DNA of 63,997 nt, filler included, from Nemertoderma westbladi (taxonomy: Eukaryota; Animalia; Xenacoelomorpha): the NCBI GenBank assembly GCA_032718475.1. It is 3 parts of 3 records of this genome, joined end to end, with 100 filler letters (N's around TTAATTAATTAA, not from the genome) between each part and the next. Parts side by side here need not be neighbours in the genome. Positions count along the whole stretch, not along the records: positions 31,826 to 56,879 come from JAUCBJ010007447.1; 2 more parts are not named here. The stretch is one strand, 5' to 3'. Below are positions 37,264 to 49,886 of the stretch, one piece after another (positions within the stretch are counted from its first letter, which is position 1; the number at the start of each line of letters is the position of its first letter). The translations under genes and the position numbers were made by a program. The notes beneath the pieces are model-generated. The model was not told where the DNA came from. It saw only the letters and a program-made list of their open reading frames with translations, and did not search any database.

Positions 37264-37970
37264 ATGCGCAGTAAGATGCGAAAACATTTTGATTTCGCGT
37301 CGATAATCTTGGACGGAAAACCACTTAAAGTCGTGGAGAGCTTTAAGTATTTAGGACATATTATATCAAGTGATTTTTCTGATGACCTCGATATTGGTGC
37401 ACAGACGCGTCGTTTTTATGGACGGGCTAACATGTTAATACGTAAGTTTTCCAATTGCTCGAATCATATCAAGTTACTTCTTTATACTACATATTGCTCA
37501 ACTATTTATTGTAATGCTCTCTGGTCTAAAATATATTATACGAAATCTGTTTTTAATAAGTTGCATACCGCCATAAACAAAACAGTCAGAAATTTATTTC
37601 GTTTACCTTTATTTAATGTTGAAACTGGTTTGCCTAACAGCGCCAGTGCTATGCTTGTTAATCTAGGTATTAAATCACTTATTGAAATACATAGACATGC
37701 TCTATATAGTTTGCATATACGTGTTGATAAATCTATAAACTCAATTATCTCTACTGTTCGCTTGGTGTGTCGCCCAGTCTCAGTATTATATAGTAACTTC
37801 ATAACATTATGTAGATAGTCCAATTACTAATTTAACTTATTTTATTTTACGTCCTAATTAAATTTTACTATACTATAATACTCTGTGCTAAATATTAATA
37901 TATATCTTATCTTTTACTGTACCATATGGCTGCAATATGCTGAAATAAAGAAGATTATTATTATTATTAC
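37264..37970 (+). mobile_element. 5'-truncated non-LTR retrotransposon, RT C-terminal region (ORF 37264..37818)
   Basis: LKVVESFKYLGHIIS..DD.DI..Q.R.FYGRANML.RKF; AATAAA and (ATT)n tail at 37944-37970. Confidence 0.8.
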
Positions 37971-38049
37971 TATTGACAAGTATTGAAATATATACCGTTA
38001 TTCGTGTTATCAGTATTTGCAACATCTGACATTGAAGAGGTGAGAGAAG

Positions 38050-38390
38050 ATGAATACCGACACTCAACAAAACCAACGCTTATCACAGGTCGGTATGGTT
38101 ACCTCGAAACCGGCGCGACTGTCCAATCGAATACAACTTCAAAACACAAACGCCAACAATAAACTGAAAGCGAATCGAACGTCTTCAGAAGAATCTGTCA
38201 TTGGGACGAAGAAAAGGAAGCCGAAACCATGGGAATGGACCACAGCTAAGATTGAATGCTCCCATTGTCAGAGTTCCTGGACCGAAATTGAAACACCAAT
38301 TGCCGATGGGCTTGATCTCTCAAACCAAAACTTCCTCTGCGGGGTTTGCGCGGCAGTAAAGATTGAAAGTCTGGAAGCTGGCATCCCTAG
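38050..38390 (+). pseudogene. Possible LINE ORF1 N-terminal zinc-finger fragment
   Basis: CSHC...FLCGVCAAVKIESLE (C2-C2 finger followed by the start of a coiled coil), as in CR1/L2 ORF1 proteins. Confidence 0.35.
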
Positions 38391-39060
38391 GTATTATTAT
38401 TATAAAGAGCGTCAGCCTGCGTTTAATAAATATATTTTAATACAAAACAGGTCGAACGCAAAGAGGCTTATAGTGAAGACGAGTACTGCATTGATTATAT
38501 TCCTATAAACCACCTGGCTTTGCATATTGAACGTGCGTTTGGAAATAAGTTCGTGCTACCCTTCCGTGGGTGGTAGATGTCGCGGTTATGTATTGGTGGG
38601 TGGGAAGGGAGGGGGGGGGGGGGGGGTGCAGATTAAAAGGGGTGAACACGTACTGTCCCCCTTTCTTTGATTAATTGGTGGTGTTGGTTAATCTCTCATA
38701 ACCTGATTTTGTGATACAGTCGCACAATTTTAATTTGTATCTCATAACTGGGCCTCGTGCTGCGCGAAGGCCCCACGAACGTGTTATGTTGTACAACAGT
38801 GTGTACAGTTAGCTGTTTGGTTCAAGCAGTGAAGTGTTATATTTCTGTTAGCCTCACACCTGACTGGCTATCAATCAGTCTCAAGGTAATGCGTTGAGTT
38901 TATTGAAAAAATTAATTTATATGTATGTATGTTAATTATGCCAATGTTATATCGCATTTATATTATAGTTACGGAAATCGTCTTGTATCTCATATTTGTC
39001 ATATCAATGAATGCCACAACAATATAGAATATATGTAATTAAAATCAATAAGATATATTA

Positions 39061-39255
39061 ATTTATAAATTATTAAGTAATTTAAACAGGTCTTAAGATG
39101 ATGCAACTCTATAGCAAATGGAGCGGAAAAAATGAATTCACCATCAGCGGGGATCGAACCCGCGTCTCCCGATAAACGTTTTTTCCACTCCATTTGCTAT
39201 ATATAGAGTTGGATCATCCTAAGTCCTGTTTAAATTACTAAATAATTTATACAAT
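39061..39255. mobile_element. Hairpin MITE with a tRNA T-arm/B-box sequence in its loop
   Basis: ~72-bp inverted arms. The loop on the minus strand reads GGGAGACGCGGGTTCGATCCCCGCTGATGG. Confidence 0.7.
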
Positions 39256-39894
39256 CTTGGGATGTTAAAACATATAGTGGTAAACAACATATTAATATAC
39301 TATGGGAGTTTTTGCAGAAGTGAAAAAAATGTGAAAGTATGTCACTCGGTGTTCGGTGCCGGTGTTGAACTAGGTACCATTTTGGTATGTTACGCTCTAC
39401 CTACACTAATCTCCTATCTCTAAACATCGAACCTACTGCCCTCAAGTATGGTAAAGAGAATGATTATGGAAGTAAAAATATATAGATATGATATTCTTAT
39501 ATGAGATAGCACTGGTTCAAACCCCAGTGATGTACTTCTTTGACAATAATTCCACTTCTGCAATAATCCAATTCATTTAGATATATTTATAAATTGTTCA
39601 TATAACACCTTTAACCGATATAGAAAAGACGATAATGAATATGATAAGAATGAATAAAAACATTACTGTTTAATATATAACAATTACTACTAGTTAGCTC
39701 AGAGCGACTTCTATTTAAAAACAGCGACTGGCTGATCATTATTGAGTAGGGAAGCTAAATCCCAATTTCAAACAACCAGATTCAGGCTACGTTATTCAAA
39801 TGATTAACACGATCAAAAAGATCAATATACCCACCCACCTACAAATCATCAACACAATATCCTGATAATATATTTACAGTTTAAATGATTCGAT

Positions 39895-40625
39895 GTAATA
39901 CACACCTAATATTTATAGATTAATTGATTTCAATTCAACACCCACTAAATATTTATAGATTAAATGATTTCAATACAACATCAACTAAATATTTATAGAT
40001 TAAATGATTTCAATACAACACCCACTAAATATTTATAGATTAAATGATTTCAATACAACACACACTAAATATTTATAGATTAAATGATTTCAATACAACA
40101 TCAACTAAATATTTATAGATTAAATGATTTCAATACAACACCCACCATATATTTATAAATTAAATGATTTCAATACAACATCAACTAAATATTTATAGAT
40201 TAAATAATTTCAATTCAACACCCACTAAATATTTATAGATTAAATGATTTCAATACAACACCCACTAAATATTTATAGATTAAATGATTTCAATACAACA
40301 TCAACTAAATATTTATAGATTAAATAATTTCAATTCAATACCCACTAAATATTTATAGATTAAATGATTTCAATACAACACCCACTAAATATTTATAGAT
40401 TAAATAATTTCAATACAACATCAACTAAATATTTATAGATTAAATGATTTCAATACAACACCCACTAAATATTTATAGATTAAATGATTTCAATACAACA
40501 CCCACTAAATATTTATAGATTAAATTATTTTAATACAACACACACTAAATATTTATAGATTAAATGGTTTCAATACAACATCAATTAAATATTTATAGAT
40601 TAAATACCTAATATTTATAGATTAA
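39895..40625. repeat. 40-bp AT-rich minisatellite (CCCACTAAATATTTATAGATTAAATGATTTCAATACAACA), about 18 copies
   Basis: Visible tandem array. Confidence 0.96.
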
Positions 40626-40754
40626 ATAATAATTCAAACAGCATACTCTTAATATTTATAGAGTAATTGATTCCAATAGAATACCCACTTAGATTAAATA
40701 GTTTCAAAACAATATTTATAAAATGAATGATTTCAATTGAATGATTTTCCGCCT

Positions 40755-42195
40755 CTATAACCTAGCTTACCAGGCATATGAGCAGCCATCACACCTGTTA
40801 TACTGAAAGACCATCATCTCTTCAGATGATGGTGTGTAGCAAATGTTAATGTGCATGTTATGTTCCCTGACATCTCTCCTCTTTAGCAATGACATCCATG
40901 AGGTTGTGAGAAACATAACAACCCCCAAAAATATCTGGTATCTAAATGATGGGAAACTTGGAGGGAATGTTTCCACTATAGCTGCAGGCCTACACCAATT
41001 CATCACACAGGCTGCCGCTAGGGCTCACAATCAAGTCAACTAAGTGTGAACTGATATTCGCTCCCAGCTTCCCAGAGGACCTTAAAGCAACAATTACTGC
41101 AATCTTCGACAAGATACACCTGGCATTAAACCAGTAGACTTCGACAATTCGACCCTGTTGGGGGCACTCCTGGGAGAATCATCTCTTGAAACCACTCAGG
41201 AGAAGATAACTGACCTCACGCGATTCACACAATGACTGCACCTACTCTCCTCCCACGATGCCCTCCTCTTACTTAGAAACTGCTTTGCAAACCCCAAACT
41301 GATGTATATTCTCAGATGCTCGCCTTGCTTCATCTCACCAACCCTCCCACAACTCGACCAACACCACAATCCGTCAAGCCCTCGAGGTGGCAACCTAAAC
41401 TTGATGACATTGCATGGGAACAAGCTTCCCTCCCAGTATCACTCGGGGGTTTGGGTATTTGGTGTATGCAGGATGTTTCAGTTCCTGCCTTTTTGGCATC
41501 AGTTTTCGATGCACTCACCTACTCCGAGCACTCCTCCCCCCTCATGTTGATGTCAATACAGATACAGCAAGAACTCTGGCTATGACACATCTCCCCCCAG
41601 GAACAACCTCCACCAAACCCTTCTGTACAGAAAGATGGGACCCCATCTTAGTGTCATTCGGTTTGAGGAACTACTTGCAGCTACTATCACCCCCCTTGGC
41701 AAGGCACTTCTGTTAGCTGCAAGGGCAGATCACTCTGGGGACTGGCTAAACACCCTTCCAATATCTTCTCAGGGACTCTGCTTCGAGGATGACCAACTAA
41801 GAATTGGTGTAGCTCTCCGTGTAGGCACTACAATCTGCACTGAGCATGAGTGTAGGAGCTGTGGTACTCAAGTGAACACCTCAGGCGAACATGGACTAAG
41901 CTATGTCCACAACTATGGCAAATAGACCTGCCATGCAGAAGCGAATTACATAATCCATAATCCACCGCACACTTAACTCAGCCGGTATACCATCCAACCT
42001 AGAACCACGATACATGATGAGGGATGGGAAAAAACCCAATGGAATGACCCTTTCACCATGGTTGAAAGACAGGATGCTCGTGTGGGACTACACATGTAGG
42101 GATACCCTAGCCACATCCTACCTCCCCTCGGCGCCCCAGACTGCCGGAGCAGCAGCAACCGCAGCAGAGCGATTAAAGTCAAACAAGTCTAACAG
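40755..42195 (+). mobile_element. Decayed CRE-clade non-LTR retrotransposon (RT, zinc finger, restriction-like endonuclease)
   Basis: NIWYLNDGKLGG (WYLDD), AWEQASLPVSLGGLGI, SGDWLNTLP...LRIGVALRVG...CRSCG...GEHGL, KPNGMTLSPW...LVWDYTCRDT. Confidence 0.85.
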
Positions 42196-42439
42196 ATGGA
42201 ATAAAATGACCATAGCAAAACATTAGATTGGTGATAAAAATATATTACATAAATTATATCTCTTTTTTTTATATCCACAGCTATTATTTTTTTAAAAACC
42301 CACTCCAAAGCCCAATAAATATATATTTAAACTAATAATAAAACAAATTAACAAAATTAATAAAGATAACTGGAAAACTGAACAATAAACATATTATGAT
42401 TGGCATGCAGCATGCATCAAACTAGTGTGTACAGAGTAA

Positions 42440-42862
42440 AAATGTACAAAAACAAATCTACTTACAAGCCATCATGGAAAGAACACATTGAGTTTTTGGG
42501 AAAACAAAAACAAAACAAAAACATTGGGGAAACAGGGCCTCTGCGGAGCCACATCGTGGCATTCCCACACCATAATGAAGCAGACAGGCGTTCGAATAGG
42601 TGCCTGGCCGCATCGGGAGCAGGAATGCCTCGACGGAGGCTCTGGAGATGCTCGATTTTCCAGTAGACTGCATTTTCCAGTAGGGCCTCCATCATGAGAG
42701 GGGTGAATCCCACACCTGAATTTCGGCACTCTTCCAGGTGGGCGGTGAGTTTGTGTTCCCGGGCAATGGAGAGGGCATGTCCAGGGTGTACTGGTGGCTT
42801 GGGAGAGGGTTCGTGACTGGAGGGGGGAGATTACGCTGACATCTAGTGCCATGGGCTGGTGG
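42440..42862 (-). mobile_element. 3' fragment of a second CRE-clade element
   Basis: ALDVSVISPLQ, GFTPLMMEAL and HLFERLSASLWCGNA are typical of the CRE endonuclease C-terminus. Confidence 0.7.
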
Positions 42863-42879
42863 CTCAGCTATTCTGGATC

Positions 42880-44192
42880 TATGGCTAACCAACGCATTCG
42901 TGGACAACAAAGATGAAGTAACATGGCTAAAAACAGTCCAAATGATGATGCCATGTCAGGTGGTGACAATATCCTTCCCATTCGATACCCAGTTATGCAA
43001 CTTTAGGTTCCTTTCTTGGAGTTTCCCTAACGAATTTATGTCATTAAAGTTGGGAAGAAAAGGAATGGAGTTAAACAATACTCTTCCTCATGGAGGCTGG
43101 AATATTCAATATATAGCACCTCGTTCTTACCAAGCCAAATACCCATCCGGAAATTACAATGTTATTGTCTACAGTTTAGTAATAACCCGTTATTATATTA
43201 TACAGCTGTTTAACATAGTTCTACCTGCAATTTGCTGATTTTGATTGCTATTTCGGTTTCTACTTGCCCATTGAGACAGGAGAGAAGATGGGATTACAGA
43301 TGGAGATGGCTGTTCTTCTGCCAGTAATGGTATTCCAGATGGTTGTGGCTGATGCTGTACCACCTGATGGTGCCACTATCGCTTATCTCCCCTGGTATTA
43401 TTTTGTGGTTATTGCACTTCTCAGTGGAACCTGTATTCTCAGTGTTTATGTTATGATGATTTATCACGGAGGTTCCACAGCCAAAAGAGCAGGCCTACAT
43501 AGGGGAAGATATTTTGGTCGATTTTTTCATATTTTTGAGCATTTAAAATTTCTAGATTAGGTAAAAATATCTATATAATGTGCGTATAGGTGAAATTTAT
43601 GTCAAATTTAAATCAAAATTTCTGTCTTCTTTAAGGAAGCAGATTGACTAAAACTTTAATTTTATTAGCTATCATTCTGCCCTAGTGATGCAGTAATAAG
43701 TGGTAGGTTTTTACCTATCCCAAATTATATATATATATTTTATGACAATAATTTTTCATTACATTTACATTTATATTTATACATTATATTTCATTATATA
43801 ATTCATAATTGTTAGTTTAAATTGTGAACCTAGGCGATGCGATACTTGGTACTCTGTGTTATTGCTTGCTGTCTCTGCGTGCGAACAAAATCAGTCAAAA
43901 AACCTCAACTCGAGTTGAAATGGTAGAGCTTCCTCAAGAGGGAGCATCGCTCTTACGAAAATCAACCAGAAAGCCCAAAAACCACCAAGTGTCTCGTCAA
44001 ACTAGAAGGTCTGCTGAATCACATAATTTGCTGGGGAGGACATTGGAGTGATAGAAGACGAATGGAGATTGGTTGCCATGGTACTCGATTCTTTACATTC
44101 AATCTTCATATCTCCTCGCTGTAATTGGACTAACTGTATTTTTTATCTTTATGGCGTATATTATTAAGTCAGATCAGAGAAGGTTGTCGTAA
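42880..44192 (+). pseudogene. Cys-loop ligand-gated ion channel (nicotinic acetylcholine receptor-like, non-alpha), 5'-truncated and frameshifted
   Basis: Cys-loop CQVVTISFPFDTQLC, FLSWSF, TM1 LFNIVLPAI, LPIETGEKMGL (GEK), VADAVPP, TM3, and TM4 lead-in IEDEWRLVAMVLD at about 44052. Frameshift at about 43240-43263 and an AT-rich interruption at about 43495-43825. Confidence 0.85.
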
Positions 44193-44354
44193 GCATAAGA
44201 GAAAATTAAATCTTACTGAAATAAAAATATGTTATTTTTTTACTATATTTAATTAAAGTTCTGTGAATACATATATTCAAAGATTAATATAGTTTATTTT
44301 TATCTATTTCCAAACTCAAATACATACATATGCGGGTTAAGTATACTTCAATAA

Positions 44355-45490
44355 GCAAAATTATTTTACCAAGTTGGATGCCACAACAGCGGGTAGGGCT
44401 CGATCGGAGTTTTTATTTTTCCGGAGCCGGAGTGGAAAAAAAATTGCCGGAGTTTGACCGGAGCCGGAGTTTCTTTCCCTATGTGTATTTTCCCTATATC
44501 CAGCATCCGGGCCGGGTCGCCGTCGTTAGTACTCATATCCGGGTCGCCGTCGTTGGTACTCATATCCGGGCACCGGGTCACCGTCGTTGGTACTTATATC
44601 CTGGTCGCGGACAGAATTCCTTGCATCATTCTCAGTCCATTCCCCTTCCAGAATTATAGTTCATATAGCTGTATAACTGTATAGTAGTACAGTAGCTTGA
44701 GGTGCGGGATTGTTAGACTGTGTATTCAAGCTGTCAGGTAGGCCTACCGCTACCAGTACAGCAGTTCCGGAATTAGATTAAGTCAGTGAGTACAGAAGTC
44801 AGGAAGTAGTACCGGTACTACTGTAGTACTACCAGTACCAGCCTGCCAGTAAATCTAAGTTATTTAGTATTATACTGCTCTACCAGTCTATTGTAGTATA
44901 GTAAGTAATACTGTAATAATAGTAGTATCAAAGTAGTACAGTCAGACAGTACTGCAGTACTACCGGTACTGGACAGCTGGAGTAGGCTATTGGAGTACAG
45001 TACACTGGAATATACTGCTGCCATATGCCTATCTGCCTATACTAGCCTATATATTATGTACGTACATTAATATAAAACATACGTTATTAAAAAAACTCCG
45101 GCTCCGGTGATTTTTCTAACTCGCTCCGGTTCGGAGCCGGATGTAAGAAACTCCGTCTGGATCCAGAGCCGGAGACGGAACTACGATCGAGCCCTAACAG
45201 CGGGTTTTGGCAGATCAAGTTATCAGAAGATTGTCACCCTTTAACTACTTTTATAACTCACTTTGGGAGGATTTGATTTCACCTTGAGATCTAATCACTT
45301 CTGCTTCTGAATATTTTCAAAAAATTTTGTCTTGCATCCTTCAAGCTCTTCCAGAGGATGTTAACTCAATAGACGCGATAATTGCCCATGCTAGGATAAT
45401 GGATGAGCTATTAAACAAAGTGGAGAATAGTACATGATGAGGAAAAGTATCAGTTTGGCCTCACTTCAGTTAAATTGTGAGGTCAAGTCA
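44355..45490 (+). pseudogene. Gypsy/Ty3 reverse transcriptase remnant split by a MITE
   Basis: YFTKLDA | GFWQIKLSEDCHPLTTFITHFGR...SASEYFQKILSCILQALPEDVNSIDAII...EKYQFGLTSVKL. Confidence 0.75.
44394..45196. mobile_element. hAT-type MITE
   Basis: TIR TAGGGCTCGATCG, subterminal CCGGAG repeats, perfect 8-bp TSD ACAGCGGG (44386-44393 and 45197-45204). Confidence 0.92.
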
Positions 45491-47468
45491 GCCGACACTA
45501 TTTCAAGAGCTCATTTGTCAGCTACATGAGACCATGATGATCTTGAGTAGTGTAGTCGAGTTTTGGAGCCTCACTAGGTGTTGATTACAAAACGGCCTCT
45601 CTTCCCCTAGAATTCACCTAAAAGTAGGAAAAATTTGTCAAACCAATATTTCCCTTGAACGAATATACTCTATCATTCATTCATCCTTAACCAGTTAATA
45701 TTCACTCACTTTAGTGGCCAGTATAATAATTCAACATTAAACTTCCACATTATTGGTGCAGTGTTAATCAGTCGCCTTCCCTAAAGGTCCCCCTTCCACT
45801 GTTATAGTACAGTAATCTACCAGTAGTCCTTGTACCCAGTAGTGCTCCATTTGCATTGGCAGTAGCTCACCCATCCAATGGTAGTTCAATTAGCTTCATG
45901 GTAACATCATCTTGGATGAAATGTACTGGCACAAGCTTCTATCCTATAATATTCGCTTTCTCAATTATTGAGCCAAGAAGAAGAACCCCTCTCTAAACCA
46001 TTATCATACTATATGGTAAGTTTAGCGAGAAAGTCAATGATGGAAAATGAGCTAATTAGACAAGTAGAACATGTTAGCTTCTGTTCAAAATCGTATGATT
46101 CTGTGTTTTGCGTAGTGTCAATGGGATATAGAGAAATGTGTTTACAAAGGCTTGAAGGTGAGAATTAGGTCTACGCATACTTTCCATTGCATTCATGTGA
46201 TTGTGGGGTGAAATCATCCCAGATGAATATAAAAAGTGACCCCCTCCCAAATCGGGACAGTTCACCCAAAAGCCTTAGGTTGTTCACCTTAGCCTATAGC
46301 CAAATGATATTTGAACACCAATTTAGATCAATGGTTTCGGCGCACTGGAGTGCTTATTCTCCAGAGGTACAGAAGAGTGCTGATTTAAACAGCCATTTAC
46401 TTTACTTCAACAGCAAAGTTCTGTTACGATCTTTCTTCTGTATCTCTTGCCTGTATCTGATGCCACAGTTATTGTACAGGATGTGATATTTAAACATGGA
46501 GATCAATAAACTGAACACAGATAATTTTATAATAATGTTCATATTTCAAAACGAAAGGTGATAGTGGTGATAATCACCTAGTAGGGGCAGTGGCGGCCTC
46601 AGATTTCAAGATACCTTGTAATCTTCCTTGATAAAACTTACAATCCCGGTTTATAGAGCTTGTCAAGATGAAATCAACTACCTCAACAGAATTAATCAGA
46701 TGAAGTATTCTTTGATTTGTATGGAATCCCAGAGGTGTTTCATTCTGATAATGGCCCTCAATTTTCGCAAATTAATTTAGAGTTAAAATTTATTATGGGA
46801 TTCACCGCATGACACGCGGCGTATAATATAAGTTCAGTAGTCTTTGTATCACTGGGGTGTCAATGTCTGTCTATTTCTCAGTAACTAATATACTGTACAT
46901 ACAGTTAGCCGGGACCAACTGCTACCGAGCACTGGTTCTGTTAATTATATAATGTAGTATAACAGTATGATAATGCTCTCTATAGCGATAAAAATATATC
47001 CGACCCTATTGGGAGGTCTCGAACCCGGTGCCAAGGTTTCAAACTTTCGGATATCATCAGCCGGGTCTGCGTGTAGTCCGACTATGACAACTGAGCGAAT
47101 GGTTCTGTAAATTGTTATTCTCATACCAACAAGACCTCCTTTGGATACTCGAATAATAATGCAAAATATTACCCGGCCATTCATTACATTATTTGTAGTG
47201 GTCCTCACAAATTTTTAATGAGCTTCTTACAATTCTATATAATTATAGCAAAGTAGTAAAAAAACAACACAATGTAGTAACTGTAACTCAACAGTGAGTA
47301 GTAGGAACGCGAAACGAAAGTAGACAAAAAGGGACAGTAGCAGTAAAGCAACTTTTGTGAATAGTTTAACCACAATATCTAAAGTCGCATTACAGCTACC
47401 AAAAAAGTAGTAATAACGCGAAAGTAGCCATAACTCAATTACAACTTCTCCATCACACACCTCCAACT

Positions 47469-48245
47469 TTATTCCACTGTTGCAATAATGAGGACAGCAA
47501 ACAAATGAACCATTAGTACATTAATTCCCAAATGAACCGAACAACTTGGTGACTCTGTGTATGATTTGGTTTCAGCAACTGCAGCAGTAGTGGTCGTGGC
47601 CAATCCCTTTTCCCAAGTAAATGGGGTACACTGTCCACCGCAGTCGCATTGGCTTTGACACGATTCGAATATTTTCGTTAAACCATATTGCAGGTGAACT
47701 CGTATCCCATTCAAAACACGAGATTCCTGGGTGGTAAAGGTATTCTCATCCATGAGCATGTCCTGTATCATTTTTTCTAGAAATAAACGGCACAGTTTTT
47801 CATCAAAATCTATACATGGGAACTCTTCAACGACACAACCTGTCATAGTCATGTCCATAATGATTTCATCATTAGCTTCGTTCATTAGGATTTCCCTAAT
47901 GGTTCCTTGTCCACATGATTTGCAACTAGATAGCGATACGTTTTGAAAGGTATCCCCAACGATTTGTAAGAACAGGGATAGGGATTCCTGATCAAAATCA
48001 TCTAGATCTAATTTATCCAAAATATCCTGACCTATACCTTTATTCTCAACATCCTGCACTATTGCAACCATGTTGGATTTTAATAGCTGGGCCACTTTAT
48101 TTAACATTTCTTGTTTAAACTCCTTATTATTTGATTGAAACTGAAGGTCGACTTTTGTATCACATGTCGCACTGTGGCATATGGGTAGAAGGAAATATAC
48201 CCAAAGTACAAAAAATGCCAATGAACTGCTCTTTAAACCCATCAT
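47469..48245 (-). CDS. Single-exon putative secreted, GPI-anchored cysteine-containing protein of unknown family (258 aa)
   Basis: Intact ORF. Signal-peptide-like MMGLKSSSLAFFVLWVYFLLPICHS, Cys clusters (CKSC, CQSQCDCGGQC), Thr/Ala stalk, hydrophobic C-terminal tail with no cytoplasmic domain. Confidence 0.7.
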   Translation of the reverse strand: MMGLKSSSLAFFVLWVYFLLPICHSATCDTKVDLQFQSNNKEFKQEMLNKVAQLLKSNMVAIVQDVENKGIGQDILDKLDLDDFDQESLSLFLQIVGDTFQNVSLSSCKSCGQGTIREILMNEANDEIIMDMTMTGCVVEEFPCIDFDEKLCRLFLEKMIQDMLMDENTFTTQESRVLNGIRVHLQYGLTKIFESCQSQCDCGGQCTPFTWEKGLATTTTAAVAETKSYTESPSCSVHLGINVLMVHLFAVLIIATVE

Positions 48246-49409
48246 TTCATTATAGTACAAACATGAACATTAACCATTAACCATTTTCCTTTTGTATTAT
48301 ACGTTGAAAACCCTAAAAATACAATTTGATTTTTTTCTGTGCCGCCACTCTTTCAGATACGACGCTGTTCCATTCAGGAGGTGTGGATTTCAAGCAGATG
48401 AACGAGAAGTACGAGCCATCCAGTATTTGAAAGAAATGAATTAATTAAATAAATATCTGCATTAACGTGGAATATTATCTAAAAAATTATGATTGACAAT
48501 TTAAAACTTACGTACAAAGTAAAACTACTACGAAGGTTGTTACCGGCTAGTTATAAGCGAGGGGATTGCAGGATGGAGCTGGGTTTTAGTAATCCACCGC
48601 AGTTTATAGCAGAAAGTTTAATAATACAATTTTTTATAGCCCAAGCATATCAAGTTTCTTCACTATCATTTGAAGTCCAATTGGTGATTTTGAATAAACT
48701 GTATGTGTTAGGATTAGGATTATCCAGAAAACAGATCTGTATTCAGAATTGTTGAATTAGATATAATCCCTATGAACAAAGCTCCTTTCATTGTTTTAGA
48801 TATATTTTGTGTCTTCAATTAATTGTTTTCAAAGATTCTTTAACTCATGGCAGTTGTACGCGATAATTAATTTGAACTTGTATTGCCGATTTTGAAATAT
48901 CTTGATATGCTTTTGGGCAATTCTAAAACGAGATTTGAGATCAGGATCCGGTGTCTCGAAGCTCCCGAGCTCTCGAGCTTACAAAGAGTCTTGGATTCTC
49001 GGGAGCTGGGGCTCGGGCGCCCGAACGCTCGGGTGCTCGTTTTGGCAGGGTCTCGAAGCTCCTGAGCACAAACCCGAGTGGTCGGGCACCCAAGCCGAAC
49101 TCTGACAACCCGAGACTCTACCTGCCTCTAACTTTTTGGTATTGTTACAAATATTTTCACTACATACCATCGACCTTATCAACATTGTAGGCCCTATTAC
49201 TTCGTGGTATATGTATTATTCTATATGTATTATGTTAGATAGGACATTTTATCCATGAAATATAATATTACCGGTATGGTTGTTTACGAAATACATTTTT
49301 TGATACAAATTAAAAAATAGTATTATTTAGATTATTGTTACTTATAAATAAACCCAGCCATAGACCCAAACGAGTGCTATATATTTACTGACTCGGGTAC
49401 TCTAAAAAA

Positions 49410-49443
<34 letters not shown>

Positions 49444-49886
49444 TTGAAGCCACCAGTATGTGCCAGACACTTTTCTCATGGTTTCAGAGTTTTAGCATGT
49501 ACCCACGAAAAAAATGTACTTAGCTCTAAAAATCAAGTTAGGTCAGGTCCCCAGATCCTGCTACCACTATGGCAGTAATGTGGTACTAACTGTAGCTGTC
49601 AGCCCAGTAGGGCAGGCCCGATAAGCGCCACTAGCCTATTCATTATTTAGTTGATCAAGAGTGGGTTGGTTTTAGCCCTGTCAACTAAATAAGTCATTGA
49701 GGGCTATAGCGCCTAGGGCACCATTGAATGCAAAGGCTTGATACGTATCTGCAATAGAGATGATATATGCCCGCTCTGTCTATACTGGATGCTCCTCTAC
49801 CAGTGTTAGGTAACCTAACCCAGGAGGCACACTTGGTTCAAGATGTAACAAAAGGACACTTACAGTCGGCCGCAGGGCTGTAGGCC

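Noticed and set aside
45500-46780. Coding-like decayed sequence
   Set aside because: No recognisable motif in the frames I translated; left uncalled.
47227-47466. Hydrophobic 79-aa ORF right after the orphan gene
   Set aside because: Non-ATG start and T-rich 3' UTR composition; no evidence for readthrough.
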